Shown: one piece after another, positions 40,650-52,604 of the stretch | Layout: each line of letters opens with the position of its first letter | Numbering within the stretch: position 1 is the first letter of the stretch | From: Pelagomonas calceolata | Lineage: Eukaryota | Direction of reading: 5' to 3' | Length of the DNA: 64,000 nucleotides | NCBI GenBank assembly: GCA_918797485.1 | Contig: CAKKNE010000003.1 | Location: 4,526,001 to 4,590,000, forward strand | Position numbers and translations under genes: made by a program | The notes under the pieces: model-generated | Told to the model about the DNA's origin: nothing | The model's input: only the letters and a program-made list of their open reading frames with translations | The model's database searches: none

Positions 40650-42287
40650 ATGGCGGCCCAGGCGACGGCCGTCGTGGGCGTCGCCCTGCAGCTCGACGTA
40701 CCGAGCCTGAACGAGCCGCTGCTCGCGTTCCTCGCGACGCGGGCGGGCATCACCGCGCTCTGCGCCGCCATCGTCTCGCGGCAGCAGCGCGCCTCCGCGG
40801 CGGCGCTCGCGCGGAGCGCGCGGGCCGCGCGCCTCTTGGTCGGAGACGCGGACGACGCGGCCGGCGCGGCCGGCGTCGCCAAGTGCCTCGACGACGCGCT
40901 CCATCAACTTGCGGCGGCGCGGCTCCTCGACGCGCTCGACGCCGCGACGCCACGGGCGTTCGCGCGCCACGCGGCGTACGCGCTCGTGCGGCTCTTTCGC
41001 GGAAAGCCCGACGCCGTATACGAAGCGGCGCTCGACGGCGACGACGGAAGCGACGGCGACGAGAGCGACGGCGGCGCGCCGCGCGCGCCGCCGCGGCTCG
41101 CGCGCCTCCTCGACGCCGCCCCCGAGGTCTTCGTGGAGCTCGCGGGGGGCGGCGTCCCGGCGGAGGCGCGGCCCGAGGACGCCCCCCCCCACCCGCCGGC
41201 TGCCCCTTCGCCCGAGGCGCGGTGGAAATTCTGCATCGCGCTCGCGCGCTGGCGGTGTCTCCGCAGCCTCGCGGAGCGGTGCGTCTGCGGCGGAGACGGC
41301 GCCGGCCGCGCCGCGGCGGACGCGTGCCGCCTCTTCGCCGAGTGCGTGGAAGCCGCGGCGCGCGACGTCAAGTGCGGCGAGGTGCTGCTCCGGGGCCTGC
41401 CCGGCGTCGAGGCGCCGCTCCTGGCGCTGCTCGAGGCTCCGGACGCGCCGCCCCGCGCGCGCGTCGCGGCCGCGGCCGCGCTCGCCGCGGCCTGCCGCGC
41501 GGGCGCCGCGCCGGACCGCGGCGCGCCGGGACTCGCGCTCGAGGCGCCGAAGACGACGGGCGGGATTGACGCGGCGCGGAGCGCGTTCCTCGCGAGCGCG
41601 TCGCCGGTGATCGCGCGGCGCGCGGCGCGCGCATTGATCGAGTGCGACTCGCCGCTGCTGCGCGTGCACCTCGCGACCACGCTCGCGGCGTGCGTCGCGG
41701 CGGCTCCGACGGCGGCGTTGGGCGAGATACCCAGAGGGGCCTGGCGCGACGTCGCCGACCGCTTCGTCGCGGGCCGCGACGGCGACGTCTTCCTACGGAT
41801 CGCATTCAAGCTGCTCGCGGCCGCGCTCGTCGCGGGCCACGCGCCGACGGACCGGACGCTGGTCGTGGACTGCGACGTCGGCGCGCGCTGCGCGGCGTCC
41901 CCGGACGATCCGTTCCGCCTCGCGCTCTGCGACGTGCTGCGGCTGCGCTGCGCGAGCCTGCCGCGCGACGCGCCGCTGCGGCGGCTGCTCGCGGCGTCCG
42001 CGCCGTGGCGCGCGGCGCAGAAGGCCATCAGGGCCGCGGCGCGCGCCGAGAACGCGCGGCAGCCGCGCGGGGCGCCGCAGCTGGCGGCGCCCCGCGTCGA
42101 CGGCCTCTTCGGCCTCCTCGACCCCGGCGCTCCCGCGCCGGTCGGCGGGTTCGATGGAGACGACGTCGACACGTTACTCGACGAGCGCGTCGACCTCGGC
42201 TCGCCGTACGCCGCGGCGCGCGGCTTCGGCGGCGTCGAGCCGTTCGTGCCCCCGGCGAGGGCGCGGCGACGCTCGACTCTGAGATAG
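40650..42287 (+). CDS. Hypothetical helical-repeat protein
   Basis: 545-aa ORF with host-like codon use; no firm motif. Confidence 0.5.
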   Translation: MAAQATAVVGVALQLDVPSLNEPLLAFLATRAGITALCAAIVSRQQRASAAALARSARAARLLVGDADDAAGAAGVAKCLDDALHQLAAARLLDALDAATPRAFARHAAYALVRLFRGKPDAVYEAALDGDDGSDGDESDGGAPRAPPRLARLLDAAPEVFVELAGGGVPAEARPEDAPPHPPAAPSPEARWKFCIALARWRCLRSLAERCVCGGDGAGRAAADACRLFAECVEAAARDVKCGEVLLRGLPGVEAPLLALLEAPDAPPRARVAAAAALAAACRAGAAPDRGAPGLALEAPKTTGGIDAARSAFLASASPVIARRAARALIECDSPLLRVHLATTLAACVAAAPTAALGEIPRGAWRDVADRFVAGRDGDVFLRIAFKLLAAALVAGHAPTDRTLVVDCDVGARCAASPDDPFRLALCDVLRLRCASLPRDAPLRRLLAASAPWRAAQKAIRAAARAENARQPRGAPQLAAPRVDGLFGLLDPGAPAPVGGFDGDDVDTLLDERVDLGSPYAAARGFGGVEPFVPPARARRRSTLR

Positions 42288-42582
42288 CTCCCTGGCCATG
42301 CTGTGTGTTTATTTTCTTGCCTGCCTGCCACGGCGGGCAAAGGGGAATTTTAGGTCTGGTGATTGATTCGGGGGCCGGAGAGGTCTGTTTAAATCTTGAA
42401 AATGCCATCCACCTCGGGGCCCTACGGTTCCTCGGCCTACGCGGCTCCCCCCCGCTGTCGCGGTGTAGGAGAGAGCGCAAGCCCTGGGAGACCTGAATTT
42501 TCTCATTTGGGAGGCTCCCTGGATCATGGGGGTTTCAAAAGCTTTTCAGGTTTTCTATGGCGCCGCAAACATCCCAGTGGGG

Positions 42583-42660
42583 CACACTATTTCGTTAGAC
42601 TACGACACTACGCTGCCGGGGAAGTCCAGAATTACACACCCTATTTCCCCCTGCATCGCA
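42583..42660 (+). repeat. Interspersed repeat ending in CCCCCTGCATCGCA
   Basis: Also at 53185-53262, with shorter copies at 935-967 and 2205-2237. Confidence 0.75.
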
Positions 42661-42905
42661 GTCGCGGGGGGGCGGCTCCGAGTCGGGGTGGGTACCCAGT
42701 CACGGTGCGCGCGCGGCCCGCCGGGTAATTTAGGAGAACTCGGAGTAGAATTTTTTTACTATACACTTCTTGAATAATATGGAGCCCCGCTCAGGGCTAG
42801 CGGCTTCAGACACTAGCTCCGTTATTACCAGTAGTAGCCAGCCTTTTAGCAACGCGCTCGTCGCACACTGACCCTGCGCGAAGACTACAGATCCAGGAGC
42901 CACGG

Positions 42906-43523
42906 ATGGCGCTCGCCCAACGGCTGTGGAAGGCCATGAGCCGCCATTACCAAAAGAACGTCGCCGGGCGAGTATCCCTGCCTCCCCGTAGACGCCAAGC
43001 GCTCGCGGCACGCGCCGGCTCCGACGACGACGCGTTCGAGAGCCGGCTCCTCGCGCGCGCCTCGCCGCCTCGACGCGCGCCGCCGCAGGTCCCTCTCCGA
43101 GTTCGGGCTCAAGTACGACGACATAAGAATTGAAAGTGATGCGGACTACGCAAAGGCCCTCGACCGCCTGCAGCAGCGTGTGCAGATCAAATTTCACGCG
43201 CCTTCCGCGCCACTCGTCGAGAGAATCTCTACGTCGCACAACCGTCCGCGCCAGCAGCACGACCGCATCGCCGCTGTAGAAAGGAATTGTGAGAACTTAT
43301 TCGCGGATATACCGCACTCACCGGTTTACACGCAGGCCTGCCGCACGCGGAGCTCCAGCTACGCGCGCGGCGCATGAAGCGCGCCTTCGACGTGTCCTTC
43401 AAGCGCAAGGCGCTGCCGCCCGACCTGCGGGCGCTGCAGAAGCCTCTCGAGGGCTACGCGGGGCCCCTGATCGAGGAGGCGAAGGCCCGTCGGGTGGAGC
43501 GCGAGCTGCTCAACACCTTCTAA
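42906..43523 (+). CDS. QCR7: Cytochrome bc1 complex subunit 7 (14 kDa); introns 42968-43088 and 43166-43335
   Basis: Spliced product ...YQKNVAGSLSEFGLKYDDIRIESDADYAKALDRLPHAELQLRARRMKRAFDVSFKRKALP...; two GC-AG introns. Confidence 0.85.
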
Positions 43524-43537
43524 ACAACATACTAGTG

Positions 43538-44374
43538 TTAGTACTTCTCTTTCCAACTACACTCCCACCGGTGGACCGTGATGGAGGCGCCCGTCGCGCC
43601 GCCGGTCCCGTCGTTCGCCACGGGGTAAAGGATGGTCTTGGGGAGGCAGGCGCAGTCCCACGCGCGGCGGAAGTAGACTCGCGTGAGGAGCCCGGGGCCC
43701 GTCGTCTCTATTGTCCTCGCGGCGCTGGCTTCCGCCAGTACCTTGCCGAGGGTCGCGCCGAACCCGCTCGCGGCCACGAGCGCCGCCGCGCGCGTTTTGG
43801 CCACATCCTCCGCCGCGACCGCGGCGTCGCACGCTTCGACGAGCGCCGCCATCAGCGCGCAACCGGGCGCGCAGCCCATGACCGCGTTGCCGACCTCCAA
43901 GCCGCGGACGTTCGCCAGGCCGACGAACGCATTACATTTGCGAAGGAGCGGCTCGAAGCTCCGCACGAAGTCCACGTCCACGTCCGCGTAGACGCCGCCG
44001 TGCACGAACAGTATGTAGTAGCGCGCGACGTCGCTTTTGGCGGCCCAGTCGCGCGCTTTTGCGAACGCGCGCCGCGCGCCGCGGTTCCCCCCCAGGAGCG
44101 CCGCGACGGCCGCGCCGCGCCACAGCACGCGGGTCCAGCCCGGGTGTATCCGGCAAAAGGCGGCGCCGCGCTCGATCAACGAAGGCGGCACCGGGCGCGG
44201 CCCGAGCCAGATTTGATGAAGCACGCGCGGAATGCTCTCCGCCGTCGCCGGCGTCCGTCGGAAGGCCTCGTAGTCGCCCGCGAGGCGCGCGAGCCAGGCG
44301 TCTTCGTTGTCCCCCCAGAGGTTGCTCCTTGGGATTTGCGGTGCCTCCCAGGGGGGCCAGTCTCGAGCCTCCAT
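43538..44374 (-). CDS. GT32 (DxD sugar-binding) glycosyltransferase
   Basis: IPRVLHQIWLG; KSDVARYYILFVHGGVYADVD; TTGPGLLT. Confidence 0.85.
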   Translation of the reverse strand: MEARDWPPWEAPQIPRSNLWGDNEDAWLARLAGDYEAFRRTPATAESIPRVLHQIWLGPRPVPPSLIERGAAFCRIHPGWTRVLWRGAAVAALLGGNRGARRAFAKARDWAAKSDVARYYILFVHGGVYADVDVDFVRSFEPLLRKCNAFVGLANVRGLEVGNAVMGCAPGCALMAALVEACDAAVAAEDVAKTRAAALVAASGFGATLGKVLAEASAARTIETTGPGLLTRVYFRRAWDCACLPKTILYPVANDGTGGATGASITVHRWECSWKEKY

Positions 44375-44557
44375 GTGGCTGCCAGCGTACGAAACGCTAC
44401 GAGCGCGCCCTCTTGATCCACATTCTTAGCACTGCTACGTTGGATGTGGCAGGATGCAACCGTTGACCGGATAACTTGAGAGCCGTCCGCGTGCGTGATC
44501 GTGTATTCAAATGTCGTCGTGACACTCGTCGCGCTTATATGCCTGTATACAGTAGAG

Positions 44558-44935
44558 CAGGGAGCGACAATGGGAAGGGAGCGGGAATTCCCGGGAACTC
44601 TCGGGAATTCCCGGGTCCGATTTTTCACTCCCGGGGAGCGAGACCTGGGAAAACAGCGAAAAAACCCGCCAGTTACAGTGGACGGGCAGACGCGTTTTGT
44701 ACTATGGGCAGGATCTGGCCAAGCAGATGCCCCAGGCGCACGTCCTACGGTCCTAAGGTACCCTAGTACGCGCCAGTCCCATTGGAAATGCTTATCTGGG
44801 TTCGGGGGGGGCTGCCCCGGCCCGGCTCCCCGCGGATCTCCCATACTCCCGGGAATTCCCACCGGGAGCGGGAATTCCCGGGAGTTCCCGGAACTCCCGG
44901 AAATTCCCGACCCCTAGATCTCGCTCCCCGGGAAT
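44558..44935. mobile_element. MITE-like remnant with GGGAATTCCC subterminal repeats
   Basis: Inverted CCGGGGAGCGAGA / TCTCGCTCCCCGG; many CGGGAA(T/C)TCCC units; no TSD found. Confidence 0.55.
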
Positions 44936-45214
44936 TGCTCAACTATAGTCGCGCTCGTCACGCGGTTGGCCTTCGCGCTGTAGCTGTCCGTCTCGAGGAG
45001 ACCGATCGGCGGCGGAATTGTGATCTTGCCCTCAGCCATGGTCTCTCGAGGGAGTAGTTGACCGGTCACCGACGCTCTCGAGGCCTGTTTCACTGGCCTA
45101 GACAGGCTCTTGTAAATTTGTAATTAGTAATTAATAGAGAGCTCCAGAGAAGGGATCAGGATGGGTTATTATAAACCGAACCGAAGTTTGTCGAAACACG
45201 GTCCCAACTCTAGT

Positions 45215-46387
45215 TCAGCTATGTCCCTTGGGCACCGGCGGCAGGGGTGCAAGTGGGGGGGTTGCAGGGGGCACCGGCGGCGGGGGTGCAGGAGGGGGTG
45301 CTGGAGGGGGCACCGGCCAGTGCATTTTTCGTCCGACGAGCTCCTCGAGATCCGCATTGAATGGAGCGTAGAACTCGCGCAGCAGGCGCTCTGTGACTGG
45401 CAGCATGTGCTCGTGAAGCGTGGTCTTAGAGCCTGCATGCTCCGTCGGAATCTGTACGTGGTAGATTGTGTTCGCCCTGTTGGGCGTGGCCCATGCCAGC
45501 ATCTCCTTCAGAGTGTCAGCGCCATGCACAAAGAAATCTTCTGCACGTACGAGCAACACGTTGGAAGCGCGATGGTAGCGGTATATTCGCCGAAGGTGCC
45601 AGATGTATAAGCCCATCCTCACTTGTGCCGCCCTCTTGTCGCCGTAGATGGAGCAGTGGAAGTCGCTCAGATCACAGCTGCATCCCAGCCACGAGCCTTG
45701 GCCAAATGAGCTGCCTACAAGTGCCGAACAGCACTCGCGAAAATGTGCCGACCGCTCGTGGTCGATGGCTGGATCGCCTGAAGGCTGCGCGCTGTCGGGG
45801 CAGCCTCTGATGATTGCAACCTCGATCTCAACGAGGCGATGAAAGCCATTGGCATTGCGTCCGAGATGCGTGACGTCGCCACCTTCGTAGAAGGAGGAGT
45901 AGGCTCGACTCGTCGGGTCGCGCAGGAAGATCACCAATCGTGGGCTTCCCAACGCCTCGCAGAGGCGCAATGGCGCGTGCGGACTGTAGTAGTACGCGGG
46001 TGTCTTCTCGGCGAGGGCCACTGTGGATTGCTGACACCGCGTCTTGCTACTCAGTCGCTGGGCATACGCCTCCACATCATGAGCGGTGATAGAGATGTTG
46101 GAGAACTCGTTGCGGTCAAAAAAGTGCAGCTCGCCCCACGCCATGCACGCCACCTGAGGTTGAGCAGCATTCAGATCCTGGATCACGCTGGTGGTGCCAC
46201 CTTTCTGCACTCCGATGACAACGAAGTCGGGCAGACGGACGTGTAGGTGGTGCGCGATTGTTGTGCGCGAGCAGCCGACGTATAGCTGAGATGTCTGGTT
46301 CGATGGCGCAAGGAACGTGCCGCCGGGAGAGGCGCCGAGGCGCAGAGGAAGCAGCAGAGGCAACAAGATGGCCATCGCGCCACGCAT
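45215..46387 (-). CDS. Heparan-sulfate-type sulfotransferase with Pro-rich tail
   Basis: LPDFVVIGVQKGGTTS; ELHFFD; EKTPAY; LRDPTSRAYS; LREFYAPFN. Confidence 0.85.
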   Translation of the reverse strand: MRGAMAILLPLLLPLRLGASPGGTFLAPSNQTSQLYVGCSRTTIAHHLHVRLPDFVVIGVQKGGTTSVIQDLNAAQPQVACMAWGELHFFDRNEFSNISITAHDVEAYAQRLSSKTRCQQSTVALAEKTPAYYYSPHAPLRLCEALGSPRLVIFLRDPTSRAYSSFYEGGDVTHLGRNANGFHRLVEIEVAIIRGCPDSAQPSGDPAIDHERSAHFRECCSALVGSSFGQGSWLGCSCDLSDFHCSIYGDKRAAQVRMGLYIWHLRRIYRYHRASNVLLVRAEDFFVHGADTLKEMLAWATPNRANTIYHVQIPTEHAGSKTTLHEHMLPVTERLLREFYAPFNADLEELVGRKMHWPVPPPAPPPAPPPPVPPATPPLAPLPPVPKGHS

Positions 46388-46704
46388 GCCGACGGCCGCG
46401 GAGGCGTCCTTGAGCGTCAGCTCGCCGCTGGCGCTGGCGCTGCCGCAAGACGGAGAAAAGCGGCAAATGAGGTCGCTGGCGCTGCAGCGCAAGACGGGCC
46501 GCGGCGTTTGAGGTCGCAAAATTCTCGGCGGACCTAAAGTGACATATATGGCAAGACCTGCAGGTAGGCTACCCAAGTACCACGGTACCGTGGTACCGTA
46601 CCCAAGGCCAGCGCGTACGTATACGTTTTTTTGCGTACACGCTGCTATTTTGGTTTGAATACGACGTTTGCGCGTGTTATCGCGCGGCAACAAGAATCGC
46701 CAGC

Positions 46705-47617
46705 ATGACGTCGCTGGCCGAGTCGTTGGACAGCGTCGGCGAGCGCATCGTCGACTGGGCGCTCGTCGGGTCGCCCGTGACGGACGCGCCCGTCCGGGGT
46801 TGGCCGCTGGCCAGGTTCTCGACGGCGCTCGCCATCGCCGTGGCTTACCTCGCCTTCGTCGTGTTAGGCTCACTCTTCGCGCGCGCGACGCCGGGCGAGG
46901 GCGTCAAGTCGCGCGCGGCGCGGAAATCAACAACCTCAAGCGTCAACTTCCACGCCGTCGATGCGAGATTCTCTTTGCAATTGCGTCTGCTCGATGCAGG
47001 GCTGACGATCGATTGCTGCGCGCAGGTTGTACGGCGTCGCGTTCCTGTACAACATCTGCCAGGTCATGCTCTGCTCCTACATGTGCCTCGAAGCGGCCAT
47101 CGTGGCCCGGCGGCACGACTACAACTTGGTGTGCAATTCCTTCAAGAGCGAGAACCCGCCCGTGGCGAACGTCCTCTGGCTCTTCTACGTGAGCAAGATC
47201 CTGGATTTCGTGGACACGTTCTTCATCGTCATCGGCAAAAAATGGAAGCAGCTGAGCTTCCTGCACGTGTATCACCATACCACCATCTTCCTCTTTTACT
47301 GGTTGAATCTGCACGTGAACTACGACGGCGACATCTATTTGACGGTGGTCTTAAACGGGTTGATCCACGCGATCATGTACACCTACTACTTCGTGAGCAT
47401 GCACACGCGTGACATCTGGTGGAAGAAGTACCTCACGCTCGCGCAGCTCTTCCAGTTCACGTGCATGAACGGCCAGGCCCTGGTCCTCTACGCGACGGGC
47501 TGCTCCGACGCGCCGCCGCGCGTCACGGGGTTGTACTTCGTCTACATCGTCTCGCTCTTCGTGCTGTTCCTCCAGTTCTTCGTCGCGAGCTACGTACCCA
47601 AGGCGAAGGCGGCATGA
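46705..47617 (+). CDS. ELO-family fatty acid elongase; intron 46908-47025
   Basis: FYVSKILDFVDT; LSFLHVYHH; HAIMYTYY; splicing gives GEGVK-LYGVAFLYN. Confidence 0.92.
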
Positions 47618-48200
47618 ATATCCACGGCGGGACGGTGCGCTATCTAGTTTTAACCACGTTAGGAAGAGGTGGTAGTTTTCTTAACTGCGATGCGCGGAGA
47701 CCTGGGCGGCAGTTAATGCCGTGGGCTATCGGAGCTTCCAGTCAAGCTCGGGTGCAAAATAAACGCGCCCAACTTGAAGTTCCTTAGGAGTCGACAACAA
47801 AGTGGTAATTAACACTCAGAGCTGTCCGTGCTAGAGATACCCCACCCTAGTAGGCCCGGGTACTTTTCACTGCAGCCTGAGGGGGTCGGTATACCACCGC
47901 ACCCCACTTATTTAGGATGATTCAGTTGCTCCCCGCCTTGAGGGCGGATCTAGAGACAATTCATGTGGAATTTGAGGAGGTGACCATCCTGGGCGGACTC
48001 TCAGTTACTTGAATACCCGGATAAAATAGGTCTAGTGAATACGGTACCGTATCAAGACGGCGCGCGAGTACGCCCGGATCATGGGTAGGGTTACGGGAGG
48101 GTTACGGGACAAATCAACACGACCACGTCTTACTCTTGATTCAGACGGCTAGGGGAGAGGATAGACGGCGTCTTCGATGGAGTGGGCGCCTACGCGAATC

Positions 48201-50346
48201 TCACGCCCTGAAAGCACTTCTTGCACTGGAAGTAGGAGGCCTTGCCGCCATAGGCGAATTCGAAGGCTGGCTGGGGAGACGCGCGCGGAGGCGAGCGACG
48301 TCGGCCCGTAGTGCCGCGTTCTCCGCGGTCAACAGAGCGACCCGTGCGGAGAGCAGCGCGTCCTCCGCGGCGGAGAGCGGCGCGTCCTCCGCTGCGGAGA
48401 GCGGCGCGTCCTCCGCAGCGGAGAGCGACGCGTCCTCCGCGGGGGATGGGAGCGCGGCATCAGCCACGGGGTTCGACGCGTCCCAGTCCCAGTCCCAGCC
48501 CAGGAGGTCGTGGAGGAGGCGCTCGTGCCAGAGCAAGTCCTCGGCCATCTGCGGCTCGAAGCCCAGCAGAGCCATGGTCGCGTTCGGATCGTTCAGGACG
48601 TGGCGCGCCTCTTTCTTGTGCTCCTCGACATTCTTGTGGCCCGCGCCTTCGTTCTTGAACTCGGCGTACGGGTCCGCGTGGATCCAGCGCGGCTCCATGC
48701 CCAAGAACGAGGCGAGCGCGGGGCCGCACGTCGTCTCGCCGAGGCAGCGCTCGAAGCGCAGCACGAAGACGTGGTCCGCGCCCCAGAGGCGCTGGAAGAG
48801 CTCGACCGCGTAGACGTAGTGGACGAGCTTGAAGTACGATGCCTGGGTCTCGGACACCTGCAGCTTCCGCAGAGCGAACGGGGACGCGACGAACGAGCAG
48901 CCGCGCTTGTCCCACAGGCCCGGATCCGACCGCGCGTCGGCGGGGCAGCCCGCCTGTCTGAGATCCTTCATCAGCTTGGACCAGTTCTGGCGGAGGTAGC
49001 TTGCGCGGCCGTCCGCGTCGACGCGCGCCGCGAAGTTCCACCTGGGTGGCAATCAAAGTATTCCAAGGTCACCGCGACATGGGTCCAACGAATCCGTCGT
49101 CTGAACGAGGTGACATGCCTAGGCGAACTCCATGAGGACGTCAACAGCTGTCCGCCCGTGAAAGAACGAGCGACATCGACCGGGGGGAAAGGGCCGAGAT
49201 ATGGAGCTTTTTTAATGTTTCAGGCCGGTCTCACTCGGTGGTTGATTTCCACGCGGAGTCCCGCGGGTGCCGCGTCGAGAGGACGATTTTCGCCGCGGGG
49301 GCCTTGTAGTGGATGCTCAGCATGACCTCGACGCGCGTGTGGTAGTCGGGCGTCTTGTCGACGAACCAGCGCGGCGTCCTGTCCGCGGGGCCGTCGTAGT
49401 ACCGCAGGCCCGCGCCGTCGACGCAGCGGTCCGCTGTGGGCGCGTCGCACGCGCACAGCCCGGGGCGGTCGTACCCCGCGAGCGACTTGGAGAAGCGCCG
49501 CAGGTAGTCGCCGTACTGCACCGAGCCCTTGCCGTTGCCCTTGAAGTACAGGCCCTCGCCCGGATGGCCGTCGTTTCCCTCGGCGCCGACGACCAGGTGC
49601 CCCGGCACGCTCTTCGCGAGGCCCGCCCGCAACGACGTCGTGCCCGAGCGGCTCCAGCCCGCGATGAACACGTTCGGCGACGCGAGCCGCACGAGCGCGC
49701 CGCCGACCTGGGTGGAAATCAAAAGTTCAAGGCCACTGCAACTTGGGTCAAACGAACCCGTTTCGACCGTGGATTGTCAATCATAATAAAGAGGATGTCC
49801 GCAGCTATCTGCTCGTGAAGAAACGAGCCATCGACCGAGAAACAGCCGAGATATGAATACTTTCGATTCGGGTGAACACCAAACTCAGTGGTTGATTTCC
49901 ACACAGCCGCCGACGCGGACGCACGCGCGCTGGTCGTCGAGTTTCAGCGACGCGACGCGCCTCGCCGTGGCGTTGACCATCCACGGCTCCACCTCGACGG
50001 GCACGAGGCCTCGCGCGCGGGGCTCCGCCGCCGCGTACGCGTCGCCGCCGCCGTGGAAGGCCTCGACCGCGCACGACTCGAGACGCGGCGCGTCCGAGGC
50101 GACGCTCAGGCGCTTGCCGCCCTCGCCGCGGAGTCTGCGGCTCCAGGACGCGACGAGCCGCCTCGAGCGCCGCGCGCGGCACGGCGGCCGGCGGAAGACG
50201 GCGGCGACGAGCAGCAAAGCGGCCGCGCCGCGCGCGGACCGACGCATTGCGCGCCACCGCCGACGCGGCGACCGCGGCGAGCATGGGCTCGTTTCATCCG
50301 CCTCGACGCTGTCCTCGGCGAGGACCACCTGCAGCTTTTCCGCCAT
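48201..50346 (-). CDS. Membrane sulfotransferase-like protein; introns 49708-49914 and 49042-49264
   Basis: PNVFIAGWSRSGTTSL; VDKTPDY; AKIVLSTRHP; VFVLRFE; both introner removals restore the frame; SAAEDAPL repeats near the C terminus. Confidence 0.8.
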
Positions 50347-50857
50347 CCTTCGCTCTATCTAGCGTTTCGCTGCGCGGTGTTGCAGCAGCGCTGACAGCTG
50401 ATCTATAGAGACCAGCACCCGCGCTCCCAGCGCGTAAATGGCAGCACGCGGCGCGCCTGATCTCTGCCTCTCGCGCCAAAGCGGCAGTCAAAACGCGTGC
50501 GGCAAGGACGCGAGGGACGCTAGGTAGTAGGCGTCGGCGAGCACTACGCAGTAAATACAAGCCTCCTTACAACAGAAAAAACCGGAGCAACCGGGGAACC
50601 CCGCGTGACACGACAAGAGCTGGGCCATCTAGCGGCGACGCAGCCCGCGGCCCTGGTCGTGTATCTCTCCGAGCGCCGCCGCCCTCGCGCCGTCGCCGAG
50701 GTGACGTACTCCGAGCACGCGCTCCCATCAAACGCGGGCGTCCTGTTCGTCGACAGGGAACGCGACATCGCCCTAGATGCGCACGGCCTGTGGTCCTACA
50801 TCTAGCCCAGGGCCCGCCGAGACCTCGAGGGCGCGGGGGCAAGGGTGGTCAAGCCCG

Positions 50858-50918
50858 GATAGCTCCCCCGTCACCCCTCTAGGCGCGCGCCCCCGCAACC
50901 CGAATTGACTATAGCTAT
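50858..50918 (+). mobile_element. 3' end of the putative non-LTR element
   Basis: Identical to 24775-24836. Confidence 0.75.
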
Positions 50919-50981
50919 CTATAATACGGTACCGTACCGTAGGTATAGAAGCCTAGTACCGTAGGTACGCAGTAACCAAAA

Positions 50982-52187
50982 ATGTCGCCTTGCGGGCAGC
51001 CCTCCGCGCCTGCAACAATGCGTCTAGCGCTGGCAGTCGTCCTGGCCTGCTGCAGCGCGGTCCATCGCGACTACCAGGGTGCCCCCGTCGTGATCGGCCT
51101 TAGGCTAAACGCCACAGAGGAGCTAAACATTACAGCGAAGCTGCTGACGTGCCGGGCGGGGGCCGGGACGCCCAACTTCGCGGCGAGTCGTGCGGCCGTC
51201 GAGCGGCTGCATGGCGAGATGTGGCCCGTGCGGCTGCGCGGGATGTTCAACGTCGGGTCGCACTACGTGTATGAATTAATGAAGCACCGAGTGCCTGTCA
51301 CGATGTTCAACCCGGGAGGTTGGTATGGACCGGAAGGCTGCTTCCGCTGGAAGCATATGCCGCTTAACGTGGACACCGCACGCAAGCGAGGCGCGTGCCG
51401 CACCGAGGCGGCGGTGCCCGTTAATGAATTGCATCTCGTCGTTGCGCGCCACCCGCTGTCGTGGCTGCTTTCGATGCGCGGAGCGTCGTATTCATTTCGT
51501 TGTGTGTGTCAATCAAATTCATCTATCACAGGATGCTGGGAGGCGGGCTGCTCGAAGTCGGAGATCGACCACAGGAACTGCATGGCGGTGCCCAAGCCGC
51601 GAAATGGTCCAGGGGCAAATTCGACGCTGAGCGTCGCGGCGATGCTGCGCGGCCCCTGCGAGCTCTTCAGCACGGACGGGCACTTCGGGCCCCTGCGCGT
51701 GGCTTATGATGGCGCGTTCGAGCTGTGGAATAGATTTTACGGGGACTTTGTGGACCTCGCCGCCGCGTCGCCGAACGTGCTCGTGCTGCGGTACGAGGAC
51801 ATCCTGCGCAACGAAACCGGCGCCATCCGCGAGATCGCCGCGCGCGCGCGCTGTGCCCTCGACGCGAAGTTCGCCCAGACCTCGGGCAAGAGCCTCGTCC
51901 CGCGGAAGGTCGGGCCGCAGGTGGCGCACGGGGACCTGCCCTCGAAGGCGGTGCAGCTGAATCAGGCCTGGCGCGCCTCTTGGTCGCAAGCCGAGCTTCG
52001 CACGGCGTGCCGCCTCTTCGACGCGCGAGTGATGGCACGGCTGCGATACACGTGCGATGACGCAAACGTATCCGCCGACTCGGGCCGCCCGCCGCACGCG
52101 CGGTGTGACGAGACGGTGCAAAAGCTCGCCGCGCTCGCGCTCGAGGCGGGGGCCGAGCCGGCGGCGGTGCGAGCCGTGACGGGGTAA
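50982..52187 (+). CDS. Secreted sulfotransferase-like protein
   Basis: Signal peptide; LRGMFNVGSHYV; WKH; VVARHPLSWLLS; LRYEDIL. Confidence 0.65.
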   Translation: MSPCGQPSAPATMRLALAVVLACCSAVHRDYQGAPVVIGLRLNATEELNITAKLLTCRAGAGTPNFAASRAAVERLHGEMWPVRLRGMFNVGSHYVYELMKHRVPVTMFNPGGWYGPEGCFRWKHMPLNVDTARKRGACRTEAAVPVNELHLVVARHPLSWLLSMRGASYSFRCVCQSNSSITGCWEAGCSKSEIDHRNCMAVPKPRNGPGANSTLSVAAMLRGPCELFSTDGHFGPLRVAYDGAFELWNRFYGDFVDLAAASPNVLVLRYEDILRNETGAIREIAARARCALDAKFAQTSGKSLVPRKVGPQVAHGDLPSKAVQLNQAWRASWSQAELRTACRLFDARVMARLRYTCDDANVSADSGRPPHARCDETVQKLAALALEAGAEPAAVRAVTG

Positions 52188-52604
52188 GCCAGAGGCGTAG
52201 TGGTCCGTACACATGCGTGCGTGGGCCGGAAGCTAGCGGTACAGAGCAGCATCCCGACGCAAAAACCATGAGTTTTTCCGGACTCCGAGACCGCCACGGC
52301 CGCGGCCAAGCAGATTCCCTTCCCCCCGCACCTCTGTATTCGACGTCGGAGCTCCGGTCGGGGCCGGGCCGCCGTTGCTGCCCCTGGCCGAGGGCGCGGC
52401 GCCGGCGGCCGGGCTGGCGCCCGGGCGCGTCCCTCCGAGTAGGGCGCCGCTACCCCGCTGCGGCCCCCGATGCGCCACCGGCGCTCGTTTCGCGCATACC
52501 TAGTATGTGCGATCACCGAGTCCGGCCACTCACCGGAGCAGATCCAGGCGCTATGCCGCTGGACTACACTAGGGCCCACCCCACGTCGGGTATATCTTCC
52601 ACCC

